Notes: a model not told the origin generated them from the letters alone. Positions 8,869 through 18,825 are shown, counted from the first letter of the stretch. The stretch is DNA of 34,144 nt from Oligoflexus sp. (GCA_041736305.1 JBGSTX010000190.1:1-34144), one strand, 5' to 3'. Numbers and translations: made by a program.

Positions 8869-9507
8869 GTGGGACAGAAAGTTAATCCAATCGGTTTTCG
8901 GGTAGGTATTACGCGCCCCTGGGCTTCTCGCTGGTACGCGCGTCATGATTACGCCAAGTTTGTGCAGGAAGATAGCCGCATCCGCGCTTTCATCTTCAAG
9001 AAATTCGAAGCTGCAGGCGTTTCTCGCGTAGAGATCGAACGCGCCGCTGCGAATATGCGTGTAAATATCTACTCCAGCCGTCCCGGTATCATTATCGGTA
9101 AAAAAGGTGCTGGGGCCGAGAGCCTCAAGGAAGAACTGGTCAAGCTTTGCAAGATCGCTTCCGGTGATCCCAATATCAACGTCTACGAAGTTCAGAAACC
9201 AGACGTCGATGCGGCTTTAGTTGCTCAAGCAATCAAGCAGCAGCTGCAGCGCCGGGTATCGTTCCGTAGAGCCATGAAAAAATCCATCGCCAGTGCGATT
9301 AAAGCTGGAGCCAAGGGAATCAAGATTTCTTGCTCAGGTCGCCTTGGTGGAGCGGACATGTCTCGAGTTGAGCGTTACCGTGAAGGTCGGGTACCTCTGC
9401 ACACTCTGAGGGCTGATATTGACTACGGTGTAGCCGAAGCTTTGACCACCTACGGACTTATCGGCGTTAAAGTGTGGATCTATAAAGGCGACTTGCTCGC
9501 AGATTAA
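8869..9507 (+). CDS. rpsC: 30S ribosomal protein S3
   Basis: [10 protein letters not shown]...[14 protein letters not shown]. Confidence 0.99.
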   Translation: MGQKVNPIGFRVGITRPWASRWYARHDYAKFVQEDSRIRAFIFKKFEAAGVSRVEIERAAANMRVNIYSSRPGIIIGKKGAGAESLKEELVKLCKIASGDPNINVYEVQKPDVDAALVAQAIKQQLQRRVSFRRAMKKSIASAIKAGAKGIKISCSGRLGGADMSRVERYREGRVPLHTLRADIDYGVAEALTTYGLIGVKVWIYKGDLLAD

Positions 9508-9539
9508 GCTCTGGGCCACAAGAAAACGAGGAAAGTGCG

Positions 9540-9962
9540 ATGCTATCTCCTAAGAAGATGAAATATAGAAAGATGCACAAAGGTCGCGTTAAAGGCGCGG
9601 CTCAGCGCGGCGCAGAGCTGGCCTTCGGGAACTACGGTCTGCAAGCTGTCGAGAATGGTAAGATAACGGCTCGCCAAATCGAGGCGGCCCGTATCGCCAT
9701 GACCCGCCACATTAAAAGGGGCGGACGCGTTTGGATTAATATCTTCCCTGATCACCCTGTGACAAAGAAACCTCTTGAAGTCCGGATGGGTAAAGGTAAA
9801 GGAAGCGTTGAGTTCTACGTGGCATATATCAAATCGGGCCGCGTGCTCTATGAAATGGATGGCGTAACACCTGAAGTAGCGACCGAGGCTCTGGAACTGG
9901 CGGCTTCAAAACTGCCTATCAAAACCAAACTACTGATGAAGTCGGAGGATCCTTGGTCGTAA
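9540..9962 (+). CDS. rplP: 50S ribosomal protein L16
   Basis: [11 protein letters not shown]...RQIEAAR...RMGKGKG. Confidence 0.99.
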   Translation: MLSPKKMKYRKMHKGRVKGAAQRGAELAFGNYGLQAVENGKITARQIEAARIAMTRHIKRGGRVWINIFPDHPVTKKPLEVRMGKGKGSVEFYVAYIKSGRVLYEMDGVTPEVATEALELAASKLPIKTKLLMKSEDPWS

Positions 9963-10174
9963 TGGATTACTTTAAACTTACAGCTGAAGAGCTGCGGTCA
10001 AAAGATAAAGGCGAGTTGCGGACAACTGCTCAGGATATCCGGAAGTCGCTCGCGAACATCCGCATGGATATTTATTCGGCATCTGCTGTCAACGCTAGCA
10101 AGGTAAAGAAACTGAAAAAAGCCCTGGCTCGCGTCCTGACGGTGTCTGGCGAAAATTCCCGAGTCAAAGCTTGA
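9962..10174 (+). CDS. rpmC: 50S ribosomal protein L29 (divergent)
   Basis: Sits between rplP and rpsQ with a TAATG overlap; ELR...EL...KKALARVLT pattern. Confidence 0.9.
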   Translation: MDYFKLTAEELRSKDKGELRTTAQDIRKSLANIRMDIYSASAVNASKVKKLKKALARVLTVSGENSRVKA

Positions 10175-10189
10175 GAGAGGTGATGCACA

Positions 10190-10468
10190 ATGTCTGATAC
10201 GCAACATGAAAAGAAAGCCAAGCCGCTACAGGGTGTCGTCACCTCTGACAGAATGGAAAAGTCGAGGGTCATCACGATTGAGCGTCTCGTGAAACACCCA
10301 CGCTACGGCAAATATGTCAAGCGCCGCACGAAGATCATGTTTCACGATGAGAAAAACGAGAGCCGTGTCGGTGATTCGGTCCAGATCATCGCTTCGCGGC
10401 CCTACAGCGCCAGCAAGCGCTTCAATCTGTTCAAGATCGTCCAAAAGGCCGGTGAAGCAGTTGATTAA
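10190..10468 (+). CDS. rpsQ: 30S ribosomal protein S17
   Basis: GVVTSDRMEK...HPRYGK...HDE...GD.V.I..SRP.S..KR. Confidence 0.98.
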   Translation: MSDTQHEKKAKPLQGVVTSDRMEKSRVITIERLVKHPRYGKYVKRRTKIMFHDEKNESRVGDSVQIIASRPYSASKRFNLFKIVQKAGEAVD

Positions 10469-10501
10469 CAATCTGCGAAGAGTAGATCAAAGGGCATCGT
10501 T

Positions 10502-10873
10502 ATGATTCAGATGGAATCTGTCTTAGTCAGTGGTGACAACTCAGGAGCGAAGATCCTGAAGTGCTTTAAGGTTCTCGGTGGCAGCAAAAAGCGCTACGCG
10601 ACTGTTGGTGACACCATCGTCGTTTCCGTGAAAGAAGCACTACCAAATAGCAAAGTGAAAAAGGGTAGCGTACACAAAGCTGTAATCGTCAGGACCTCTA
10701 AAGAGATCCAACGGAAAGACGGTTCCACGATTCGCTTTGATGAAAACGCAGCCGTGTTAATCAAGGGTAAGGATAACGAGCCAGTTGGCACTCGTATCTT
10801 CGGCCCGGTTGCTCGCGAAGTTCGATTGAAGGGATTTGTCCGGATCGCTTCGCTGGCGCCTGAAGTAATTTAA
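10502..10873 (+). CDS. rplN: 50S ribosomal protein L14
   Basis: MIQ...DNSGAK...[11 protein letters not shown]...SLAPEV. Confidence 0.99.
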   Translation: MIQMESVLVSGDNSGAKILKCFKVLGGSKKRYATVGDTIVVSVKEALPNSKVKKGSVHKAVIVRTSKEIQRKDGSTIRFDENAAVLIKGKDNEPVGTRIFGPVAREVRLKGFVRIASLAPEVI

Positions 10874-10907
10874 GATAAGACGGAAGTTTTTTTTAAAGGT
10901 GGCTCAG

Positions 10908-11453
10908 ATGGGTAACGTCCCTCGACTTCAAGATCAATACGCAAAAGTTCGCGAAGCTCTCGCAAAAGAGTTGGGTCTCGAAAACGCGAATGAAATTCCT
11001 CGCATCGAAAAGATTGTGGTCAATATCGGCCAGGGCGAAGCGGTTCAAAACCACAAGATTCTCGAGGGTGCCGTTGTCGACCTGGAGAAGATCACCGGTC
11101 AAAAAGCTATCATGACAAAGGCGAAAAAGAGTATTGCCGGCTTTAAACTCAGAGCTGGTGTACCTATCGGTTGCAGTGTTACTCTGCGTCGCCAGCGCAT
11201 GTACGAGTTCCTCGACCGTCTCATCAACGTTTCGATCCCTCGTATCCGTGACTTTAGGGGTTTTTCGCCCAAGGCTTTCGACGGTAGGGGTAACTATACT
11301 TTGGGTGTGAAAGAGCAGATCATCTTCCCAGAGATAGAGTACGATAAAGTCGACCGCGTTCGTGGCCTCGGCATTACCATTGTCACCAGCGCCAAGAATG
11401 ACATTCAGGCGAAGGCTCTGCTCGATAAGTTCAACTTCCCTTTCAGAAAGTAA
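10908..11453 (+). CDS. rplE: 50S ribosomal protein L5
   Basis: PRIEKIVVN...ITGQK...[13 protein letters not shown] at 10908 follows AAGGTGG; an alternative GTG start lies at 10899. Confidence 0.98.
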   Translation: MGNVPRLQDQYAKVREALAKELGLENANEIPRIEKIVVNIGQGEAVQNHKILEGAVVDLEKITGQKAIMTKAKKSIAGFKLRAGVPIGCSVTLRRQRMYEFLDRLINVSIPRIRDFRGFSPKAFDGRGNYTLGVKEQIIFPEIEYDKVDRVRGLGITIVTSAKNDIQAKALLDKFNFPFRK

Positions 11454-11484
11454 CCTGGAAAAGCTTGGCAACGAAGGAACGGCA

Positions 11485-11670
11485 ATGGCAAAAAAAGCAT
11501 TAGTTGAAAAAGCAAAGCGCACGCCGAAGTTCTCTAGTCGCGCCTACACGCGGTGCAACAAGTGCGGGCGTCCTAAGGCGGTATATAAAAAATTCGGAGT
11601 CTGCCGGATCTGTTTCCGAGAACTGGCGCTCAACGGGTTTTTGGCTGGCGTGACGAAAGCATCTTGGTAA
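11485..11670 (+). CDS. rpsN: 30S ribosomal protein S14, zinc-binding type Z (61 aa)
   Basis: MAKKAL...RCNKCGRP...CRICFRELA...KASW; two CxxC motifs. Confidence 0.98.
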   Translation: MAKKALVEKAKRTPKFSSRAYTRCNKCGRPKAVYKKFGVCRICFRELALNGFLAGVTKASW

Positions 11671-11685
11671 CGGAGACGAAAGATC

Positions 11686-12084
11686 ATGCAAGTAACTGAT
11701 CCAGTAGCAGACCTATTGACCCGTGTGAGAAACGCTCAAAAGTCGGGTCAAGAAGTTGTCAACATTCCAGCGAGCAAGATCAAGATTGCGATCACGCATA
11801 TCTTGAGAGAAGAAGGCTTCGTAAAGAATTATAAGTGTATCCGGGACGGCAAGCAGGGTCTCCTGAAGATCGCTCTGGCCTATACGGAAGATGGTAAGCC
11901 GGCTATCCGTGAAATCCATCGTAAAAGCAGGCCTTCGCATCGCCTTTATGTGGCCTCTGATAAGCTGCCCTTCGTAAAGAACGGCTACGGTATCGGGATC
12001 ATGTCCACATCCAAAGGGATCATGACCTGTCGTGAAGCTCGCAAGCTGCAAGTGGGCGGCGAGTATATCTGCTCTGTCTTTTAA
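11686..12084 (+). CDS. rpsH: 30S ribosomal protein S8
   Basis: DPVADLLTRVRNA...STSKGIMT...GGE. Confidence 0.99.
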   Translation: MQVTDPVADLLTRVRNAQKSGQEVVNIPASKIKIAITHILREEGFVKNYKCIRDGKQGLLKIALAYTEDGKPAIREIHRKSRPSHRLYVASDKLPFVKNGYGIGIMSTSKGIMTCREARKLQVGGEYICSVF

Positions 12085-12099
12085 TCTGAGGTCGGAATC

Positions 12100-12642
12100 A
12101 TGTCACGTATAGGTAAACAGCCCATTCCCGTTCCAGGCGGGGTCGAAGTTAAGGTCGAGGGTAGCCTCATTAAGGTCAAGGGACCGAAGGGTAAGCTCGA
12201 GAAGCAGCTACACCGTTCTATCAGCGTGGCCGTTGAAGGCGGAATCGTGAAGGTGAATCCTGTTGCCGATACTAAGGAGAACAGGAAGTTTCACGGTCTG
12301 AGCCGGACTTTGGTCTCCAACATGATCGCCGGTTGTTTTAAAGGCTATGAGAGACGTCTGACTTTAGTCGGCGTCGGTTATAGGGCTGCCAAGCAAGGCA
12401 AGGGTCTCAACCTTTCGCTGGGCTTTAGCCATCCCGTATATTTCGAAGCTGCAGAAGGTGTCGACCTGAACGTGGAAAAGAACACCACGATCATCGTCAC
12501 CGGTGCTTCGAAAGAAGATGTCGGCGAAACAGCAGCGAAGATCCGCGGATTGCGTCCACCTGAGCCTTATCATGGTAAGGGTGTTCGTTACGAAGATGAG
12601 AAGATTGCGACCAAAGTCGGTAAGTCTGGTAGCAAGAAATAA
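12100..12642 (+). CDS. rplF: 50S ribosomal protein L6
   Basis: MSRIGKQPI...VKGPKG...RPPEPYHGKGVRY. Confidence 0.99.
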   Translation: MSRIGKQPIPVPGGVEVKVEGSLIKVKGPKGKLEKQLHRSISVAVEGGIVKVNPVADTKENRKFHGLSRTLVSNMIAGCFKGYERRLTLVGVGYRAAKQGKGLNLSLGFSHPVYFEAAEGVDLNVEKNTTIIVTGASKEDVGETAAKIRGLRPPEPYHGKGVRYEDEKIATKVGKSGSKK

Positions 12643-12660
12643 CGCGTAGGACGACAAGTC

Positions 12661-13017
12661 ATGGGACAGACAGAGCAGAAAGCTGCGCATCGCGAGAAGC
12701 GCAAAAAAAGAATCAGAAAGAAGGTCTTCGGGACTACAGAACGCCCACGTTTGAGCGTTTTTCGTTCCGCTCGGCACGTATATGCCCAAGTTATTGACGA
12801 CGTTCGTGGTGAGACTCTTGCTCACGTTCACTCCTTTACCAAAGGTTCGGAGCAACGTGCTAACAAGGCTCTTTGCAGCGAACTTGGCAAGAAGCTAGCA
12901 GCCGCGTGTAAGGCAAAGAACATCAGCAAAGTCGTTTTCGATAAAAACGGCTATGCCTATCATGGGCGCATCATGGCATTGGCGGACGGGGCACGTGAAG
13001 GTGGCCTGGATTTCTAA
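12661..13017 (+). CDS. rplR: 50S ribosomal protein L18
   Basis: RPRLSVFRS..HVYAQVIDD...YHGR...AREGGLDF. Confidence 0.98.
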   Translation: MGQTEQKAAHREKRKKRIRKKVFGTTERPRLSVFRSARHVYAQVIDDVRGETLAHVHSFTKGSEQRANKALCSELGKKLAAACKAKNISKVVFDKNGYAYHGRIMALADGAREGGLDF

Positions 13018-13044
13018 GAGTCAGCAGCGTGGAGGCGCAATTCA

Positions 13045-13602
13045 GTGGCTAAGGATGTGAACAGAGAAGGTCGGCGTGAACGCCCAGAGCGTAACGAAGA
13101 GAAGCGTGACGATAGCTTGCAAGACCGCGTAGTTAATATCGCTCGCGTAGCGAAAGTGGTCAAAGGTGGTCGTCGGTTTAGCTTTAGCGCTTTGATCGTA
13201 GTCGGCGATAGCAAAGACAAAGTTGGCTTCGGTCTAGGCAAGGCCAACGAAGTTCCCGATGCAATTCGCAAGGGTTCTGACCAAGCCAAGAAGAACATGA
13301 TCTCAATTCGCAAAAACGGCGGAACGATTCCTTTCGAAGTCGTCGGTAAATATGGTTCAGCTACGGTCCTGATGTACCCCGCTAAAAAAGGTAAGGGTAT
13401 CATCGCCGGTGGAGCTGTTCGTATCATCGCTGAACTGGCAGGGATTCAGGACATCGTGTGCAAGGTACACGGAACCAGAAATCACCAGAACGTCGTTCGA
13501 GCCGCTATCAACGGGCTGAAGCAGCTAGAGACGATCGAAGATTACGCGCGCATCCGCAACAAAGAGGCGCATGAAGTACTGCAGGCTCGTCATAGTCATT
13601 AA
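13045..13602 (+). CDS. rpsE: 30S ribosomal protein S5
   Basis: [22 protein letters not shown]...[13 protein letters not shown] start with SD GGAGG. Confidence 0.99.
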   Translation: MAKDVNREGRRERPERNEEKRDDSLQDRVVNIARVAKVVKGGRRFSFSALIVVGDSKDKVGFGLGKANEVPDAIRKGSDQAKKNMISIRKNGGTIPFEVVGKYGSATVLMYPAKKGKGIIAGGAVRIIAELAGIQDIVCKVHGTRNHQNVVRAAINGLKQLETIEDYARIRNKEAHEVLQARHSH

Positions 13603-13631
13603 TGAGGGCGCTGCCTAAGGGAGTTTTTGCA

Positions 13632-13817
13632 ATGGCAAAGATCGTCGTAAAACAGACGAGTAGTCTCATCGGCAACAACGAGCACACCCGCAGAATCGTG
13701 TGGGCGCTCGGTCTTGGTCGAATCGGAACTACAAAAGTACACAAGGACAACAACTGCATCCGCGGCATGATCAATAAGGTCCGCCACCTCGTTGAGATTG
13801 AGCTGCTCGCTGAATAG
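13632..13817 (+). CDS. rpmD: 50S ribosomal protein L30
   Basis: S.IG...ALGLGRI...IRGMINKVRHLV; ATG at 13632 after SD AAGGGAG. Confidence 0.96.
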   Translation: MAKIVVKQTSSLIGNNEHTRRIVWALGLGRIGTTKVHKDNNCIRGMINKVRHLVEIELLAE

Positions 13818-13843
13818 GATGCTTGCTTAAGGTGGAATTTAGC

Positions 13844-14287
13844 ATGAAATCTCTGGAAAATCTGCACCCAGCCCCCGGTTCCAACAAGGACAAAAAGCGC
13901 CTCGGTCGCGGCCCTGGCAGCGGTGTTGGTGGAACGTCTGGTAAAGGCCATAAGGGTCAGAAAGCTCGTAAGAGTGGGGGAATTCGCCCCGGTTTCGAAG
14001 GTGGACAGATGCCTCTGTACCGTCGCCTTCCTAAGCGCGGGTTTAAAAATCCTTCTCGGATCGAATACAATCCTATAAACTTGGAAGCTCTTAACGGTTT
14101 TGATGCTGGAACGACTGTAACCCCTGAGCTTTTGGCTCAAGGCGGTCTTCTAAGGCGTCCTGACCAACCCGTCAAGCTTTTGGGTCGTGGGACCTTGTCC
14201 AAGGCGTTGACCATTCGTGTTCACAAGGCGAGCGGTTCAGCGAAAGCAGCAGTGGAAAAGGCAGGCGGTAAAGTCGAGGAGATCTAG
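13844..14287 (+). CDS. rplO: 50S ribosomal protein L15
   Basis: KRLGRGPGSG...GHKGQKAR...GFEGGQMPLYRRLPKRGF. Confidence 0.99.
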   Translation: MKSLENLHPAPGSNKDKKRLGRGPGSGVGGTSGKGHKGQKARKSGGIRPGFEGGQMPLYRRLPKRGFKNPSRIEYNPINLEALNGFDAGTTVTPELLAQGGLLRRPDQPVKLLGRGTLSKALTIRVHKASGSAKAAVEKAGGKVEEI

Positions 14288-14289
14288 TA

Positions 14290-15615
14290 GTGGGACAACG
14301 GATATCATCTCTGCCTGAGGTGACTCTCAATCACCTGACCAAGAAAATTTTGTTTACCCTCGGGTTCTTGGCTCTTTATCGGGTAGGGGTTCATGTCCCC
14401 ATTCCGGGCGTCAATTCAGAGGCTCTAGCTGAATTTTTCCGCTCTCAGGGTGCCAATCTTTTTGGGATGTTTAACATGTTCTCGGGAGGAGCTCTCGAGC
14501 GGTTCAGCATTTTTGCCTTGGGAGTAATGCCTTACATTTCGGCTTCAATTATTGTCCAACTTTTAACGGTAATCGTTCCGCACCTCGAGGCTCTTTCGAA
14601 AGAGGGGGATGCGGGTCGGAAAAAGATTACCCAGTACACGCGCTACGGAACTATCCTAATTGCTCTGGTTCAGGGCTTTATGATAGCTCGCACTCTCGCG
14701 TCATCGGCGATGGGCGGAGGGAACTTCGTAAGCGATCCTTCGACAAGCTGGGCCGTGATGACGGCCATATCGTTGACAGCGGGTACCGCCTTCGTCATGT
14801 GGCTAGGTGAGCAGATTACCGAGCGAGGTGTCGGCAATGGTATCTCTCTTATTATTTTCTGCGGAATCGTAGCGGGTTTGCCTAGCGTCATCGGCAGCAC
14901 TTTTAGTAAGTACAACAGCGCCGATATGGATTTGGCGCAAATCGCCGTGCTTACTCTGGTTATTATTTCTATTACGGCAGGCGTCGTTTTCATGGAGCAA
15001 GGATCCCGACAGGTTCCGATCCAATATGCAAAGCGACAGGTTGGAAATCGGGTTTACGGGGGCCAGACTTCCCATTTGCCGATTCGGATAAATACTGCCG
15101 GAGTTATTCCTCCCATCTTTGCTAGTTCGCTGCTCCAGATTCCGGTAACAGCAGGACAGTTTTTGACAGGTGGGGCAGTTGCAACCTTCATCAGTACCGT
15201 GCTGATTCCTGGGGGCTGGCTTTACAATCTCATCTATCTTGTTCTTATTATCTTCTTCTCGTTCTTCTACACATCGATTCAGTTCAAGCCGGACGATATT
15301 GCAGAGAACTTGAAAAAGCATGGTGGTTTCATTCCTGGTATACGGCCAGGAGCTCGGACTTCTGAGTTCCTCGGAAAGATCATTAATCGGCTGACTTTAT
15401 CCGGTGCGCTTTATTTAAGTGCGATCTGCTTGGTTCCGTCAACGATAGCGGATGCTTTCAATGTACAGTTCTACTTTGGTGGAACTAGCCTTCTGATTAT
15501 AGTCGGCGTAGCACTTGAGACTTTTCGCCAAATCGATGCCCATCGTCAGTCCTTGCGGTACGAAGCTTTTATGAAAAGTAGCACCAGTATACGGAGTCGT
15601 GGGGGGCGTCGTTGA
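14290..15615 (+). CDS. secY: Preprotein translocase subunit SecY
   Basis: SIFALGVMPYISASII, WLGEQITERGVGNGISL, GGFIPGIRPG, FGGTSLLI. Confidence 0.99.
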   Translation: MGQRISSLPEVTLNHLTKKILFTLGFLALYRVGVHVPIPGVNSEALAEFFRSQGANLFGMFNMFSGGALERFSIFALGVMPYISASIIVQLLTVIVPHLEALSKEGDAGRKKITQYTRYGTILIALVQGFMIARTLASSAMGGGNFVSDPSTSWAVMTAISLTAGTAFVMWLGEQITERGVGNGISLIIFCGIVAGLPSVIGSTFSKYNSADMDLAQIAVLTLVIISITAGVVFMEQGSRQVPIQYAKRQVGNRVYGGQTSHLPIRINTAGVIPPIFASSLLQIPVTAGQFLTGGAVATFISTVLIPGGWLYNLIYLVLIIFFSFFYTSIQFKPDDIAENLKKHGGFIPGIRPGARTSEFLGKIINRLTLSGALYLSAICLVPSTIADAFNVQFYFGGTSLLIIVGVALETFRQIDAHRQSLRYEAFMKSSTSIRSRGGRR

Positions 15616-16247
15616 TCATCATTCTTACAGGTGCTCCTGGTGCTGGAAAAGGCACGCAGGCCGATCTTTTGGCGGAGCGCCTAGGTTTTAAGAAGATCTC
15701 GACTGGCGATGCTCTGCGTCGTCACATCAAAGATGGAACAGAGATCGGCAAGAAGGCTCAAGGTTTCATGTCGGAAGGGAAACTTGTTCCTGACGACGTT
15801 CTTTTGGGAATTATCCACTCTGAGTTGGACTCAGCCCAGGGGCGTCGAATTCTCCTGGACGGTTATCCTCGAAACGTAGCTCAGGCAAAATCCTTGCGGA
15901 GTATAGTTGGATCAGACGGAATCAACGCTGTCATCCACCTAGATGTCGATCAGGATCTGCTTATTCAGAGAATCAGTGGGCGCCGCACCTGTACGAACTG
16001 CGGTGCTAGCTATCATATGCTTTCAAGTCCTCCCAAAAAAGCGGGTATGTGTGATCGCTGTGGCTCTGAGCTTGTTCAGAGACCTGACGATCATGAAGAA
16101 AAGGTCAAAGTTCGTCTCGAAATTTATGAGAGAGAAACGAGCTCTATTCTCGACTTTTATAAGCAGGCCGGCCTCTATCATCGCGTAGAAGGCGGTGGGA
16201 ACACCGATCAGGTTTATGCTGCTGTCTCCCGCTTGTTGCCTGCTTAA
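15612..16247 (+). CDS. adk: Adenylate kinase with zinc-lid
   Basis: P-loop GAPGAGKGTQ, LDGYPR, lid CTNC...CDRC. The TTG start overlaps the secY stop. Confidence 0.98.
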   Translation: MIIILTGAPGAGKGTQADLLAERLGFKKISTGDALRRHIKDGTEIGKKAQGFMSEGKLVPDDVLLGIIHSELDSAQGRRILLDGYPRNVAQAKSLRSIVGSDGINAVIHLDVDQDLLIQRISGRRTCTNCGASYHMLSSPPKKAGMCDRCGSELVQRPDDHEEKVKVRLEIYERETSSILDFYKQAGLYHRVEGGGNTDQVYAAVSRLLPA

Positions 16248-16377
16248 AATCCCTGAGCGGAGCAGGTCGAACAGGGCTTGATAGCAAAGGTTTTCACTTG
16301 CTGATCCATGGTGAAGTGTGTAGAGTTTCGGCTCGGTCCCATGGGGAGGCAATCAGGCGTAAAGCCGAGGATGTGAT

Positions 16378-16596
16378 ATGGCCAAGGAAGATGTCATTGA
16401 AGTGGAGGGCATTGTAAAAGAGCCACTCCCAAACGCGATGTTCAAGGTTGAGCTCGAAAACGGGCATGAGGTCCTGGCACATATCAGTGGCAAGATGCGT
16501 ATGCACTTCATTCGTATTCTACCAGGTGACAAAGTTAAGTTAGAAATCTCTCCGTATGATCTCGGACGAGGACGCATCGTCTACCGTGCGAAGTGA
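16378..16596 (+). CDS. infA: Translation initiation factor IF-1
   Basis: [11 protein letters not shown]...LPNAMF...[15 protein letters not shown]...SPYDL..GRI. Confidence 0.99.
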   Translation: MAKEDVIEVEGIVKEPLPNAMFKVELENGHEVLAHISGKMRMHFIRILPGDKVKLEISPYDLGRGRIVYRAK

Positions 16597-16708
16597 TCGA
16601 GGGAGTCGAGCTTCATGGAAGCTGATATAAACTGAATCGGTCTGAGGGAAGGGTCCCGGCGGCTGCTGTCAGCCATGATGCGGTCCTATAAAGAATAGAG
16701 GGTCCGAG

Positions 16709-16822
16709 ATGAAAGTTAGAGCAAGTGTAAAGCCTATTTGTGATAAGTGTAAGGTTGTTCGACGCAGGGGCGTTTTGCGCGTTATCTGTGAAACCAAGAA
16801 GCATAAACAGAGACAAGGCTAA
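16709..16822 (+). CDS. rpmJ: 50S ribosomal protein L36 (zinc type); not in the ORF track
   Basis: Translates to [37 protein letters not shown]. Confidence 0.98.
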   Translation: MKVRASVKPICDKCKVVRRRGVLRVICETKKHKQRQG

Positions 16823-16833
16823 GGAGTAGGCAC

Positions 16834-17205
16834 ATGGCACGTATAGCTGGCGTTGACCTACCAGGTCATAAAAGAGTCGATATCGCGTTGACAAGCATCT
16901 ACGGTGTGGGTCGCAGGACCGCCCTGATGATTACTCGTAAAGCAGGTCTGGATCTCAACCGTAAGGCAGGCGATCTGAGTGCGGAAGAAGTGAACGTTAT
17001 CCGCAAAGTGATCGACAGCGAAGGTGTGCTGGTAGAAGGTGACTTACGGCGTGAAGTATCTTTGAGCATCAAGCGCCTTATCGATCTCGGGAACTACCGG
17101 GGATTGCGTCATCGCAAAGGCCTGCCCGTCCGTGGTCAGCGTACCAAAACGAATGCTAGAACCCGGAAGGGTCCGCGGAAGACCATCGCCAACAAGAAGA
17201 AGTAA
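16834..17205 (+). CDS. rpsM: 30S ribosomal protein S13
   Basis: [10 protein letters not shown]...[23 protein letters not shown]. Confidence 0.99.
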   Translation: MARIAGVDLPGHKRVDIALTSIYGVGRRTALMITRKAGLDLNRKAGDLSAEEVNVIRKVIDSEGVLVEGDLRREVSLSIKRLIDLGNYRGLRHRKGLPVRGQRTKTNARTRKGPRKTIANKKK

Positions 17206-17230
17206 ACCGAGCTAAAAGGATAGAGTCGAT

Positions 17231-17620
17231 ATGGCAAAGGCAGCAGTTGTCAAAAAGCGCAAGACCAAGAAGAACGTGCCTATGGGCGTGGCTCACATCC
17301 AGGCAACTTTCAATAATACGATTGTTACGATCACCGACCTCAACGGGGAAGTGGTTGCCTGGTCGACCGCTGGTGCAAAAGGCTTCAAGGGATCGCGCAA
17401 AAGTACCCCATTTGCAGCTCAAGTAGCTGCAGAAGAAGCGGGTCGTAAGGCTATGGATGCTGGAATGCGCTCTATCTCTGTTCTTGTAAAGGGTCCAGGC
17501 TCTGGTCGTGAAAGTGCTGTCAGGGCTCTTTCCGCCATAGGTCTTAAGGTCAATCTTTTGAAGGACATTACGCCGGTTCCTCACAACGGTTGTCGGCCTC
17601 CTAAACGTCGTCGCGTTTAA
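17231..17620 (+). CDS. rpsK: 30S ribosomal protein S11
   Basis: [10 protein letters not shown]...[13 protein letters not shown]...[13 protein letters not shown]. Confidence 0.99.
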   Translation: MAKAAVVKKRKTKKNVPMGVAHIQATFNNTIVTITDLNGEVVAWSTAGAKGFKGSRKSTPFAAQVAAEEAGRKAMDAGMRSISVLVKGPGSGRESAVRALSAIGLKVNLLKDITPVPHNGCRPPKRRRV

Positions 17621-17814
17621 TTGACTTTTCTCGGTTTGGATTCTAGGCAGCGGTGTACCCCTGTACTAGCAATCTTATGGACCGTAAAGAAATTGCTGGT
17701 AGAATGGCAAAAATCAGTCAATTAACCGGATCGTCGTCGGTTGGGTACTCCTTTGGGTCCTGGCCCGGGTAGAGTCCCGCAGATCGTTAACGGAGCCTAG
17801 ACGGAGAAGCGTTC

Positions 17815-18825
17815 ATGCATCGCAACTGGCAGGATTTGATCACTCCCAACAATGTTGAAATTGCCGCCTTGACGGATACCTACGGTAAGTTTATTGCCAA
17901 GCCGCTCGAGCGTGGCTACGGGATTACCCTTGGCAACTCCCTGAGAAGGGTACTGCTTTCGAGTATCAATGGCGCTGCTATTGTCGCTGTTCGAATTGAA
18001 GGTGTGGAGCATGAGCTCAGCACCATTCAGGGTGTGAAGGAAGATGTAACGGATATTATTTTGAACCTGAAACAGGTCAACATCCGCTACCTCGGTGAAA
18101 ACGATGCTCGCATTACTTTGAAGTCGCGTGGCGAAGGTATCCTGAGAGCGGGTGATATCCAGGCGAGTAGTGATGTTGAGATCTTGAACCCAGACCAGCA
18201 TATCGCGACCGTCGGTGAAGACGGCGTACTCAATATGGAAATGATCGTGCGCCATGGTCGGGGCTACGTTTCTGCGGATCAAAACAGAACGGAAAATATT
18301 CCTACGGCCTATATAGTTACAGATTCGATTTTTGCACCGGTTCGCCGGGTAGCATATAACGTTTCGAATGCCCGGGTCGGTCAGATGACTGACTATGACA
18401 AATTGACATTTGAGATCTGGACAAATGCAGCCGTTCGTCCTGATGATGCCTTGGCTTACGCGGCCAAAATCCTCAAAGAGCAGCTGACCATATTTATTAA
18501 CTTCGATGAGTCTGAGGAAGTTGATAGCCGGAGCTCCGAAGAGACGATAGAAGCGAGACCACAGCTGAACGAGAATCTGTTCAAAACTGTGGATTCTTTG
18601 GAACTGAGCGTGCGTGCTGCCAACTGCCTAGAAAATGCGAACATCAAGTACATCGGCGAGCTCGTTACAAAGACCGAAGCAGAGATGCTGAAAACAAAGA
18701 ACTTCGGCAGAAAATCGCTTAACGAAATCAAAGATATACTAGCTGAGATGGGGCTATCCCTAGGCATGAAGATCGACGGGTTCGATCCAGCTATGTTGCG
18801 GCAAAAAGAAAGCGACAGTCAGTAA
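17815..18825 (+). CDS. rpoA: RNA polymerase subunit alpha
   Basis: [21 protein letters not shown]...[11 protein letters not shown]...[10 protein letters not shown]. Confidence 0.99.
   Translation: MHRNWQDLITPNNVEIAALTDTYGKFIAKPLERGYGITLGNSLRRVLLSSINGAAIVAVRIEGVEHELSTIQGVKEDVTDIILNLKQVNIRYLGENDARITLKSRGEGILRAGDIQASSDVEILNPDQHIATVGEDGVLNMEMIVRHGRGYVSADQNRTENIPTAYIVTDSIFAPVRRVAYNVSNARVGQMTDYDKLTFEIWTNAAVRPDDALAYAAKILKEQLTIFINFDESEEVDSRSSEETIEARPQLNENLFKTVDSLELSVRAANCLENANIKYIGELVTKTEAEMLKTKNFGRKSLNEIKDILAEMGLSLGMKIDGFDPAMLRQKESDSQ

Noticed and set aside
11362..11484. N-terminal extension of the S14 ORF
   Set aside because: It overlaps rplE; the canonical MAKK start with an SD is at 11485.
17677..17772. 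31-codon ORF in the rpsK-rpoA gap as an rpsD remnant or leader peptide
   Set aside because: No SD and no resemblance to S4; the region is better explained by RNA structure.
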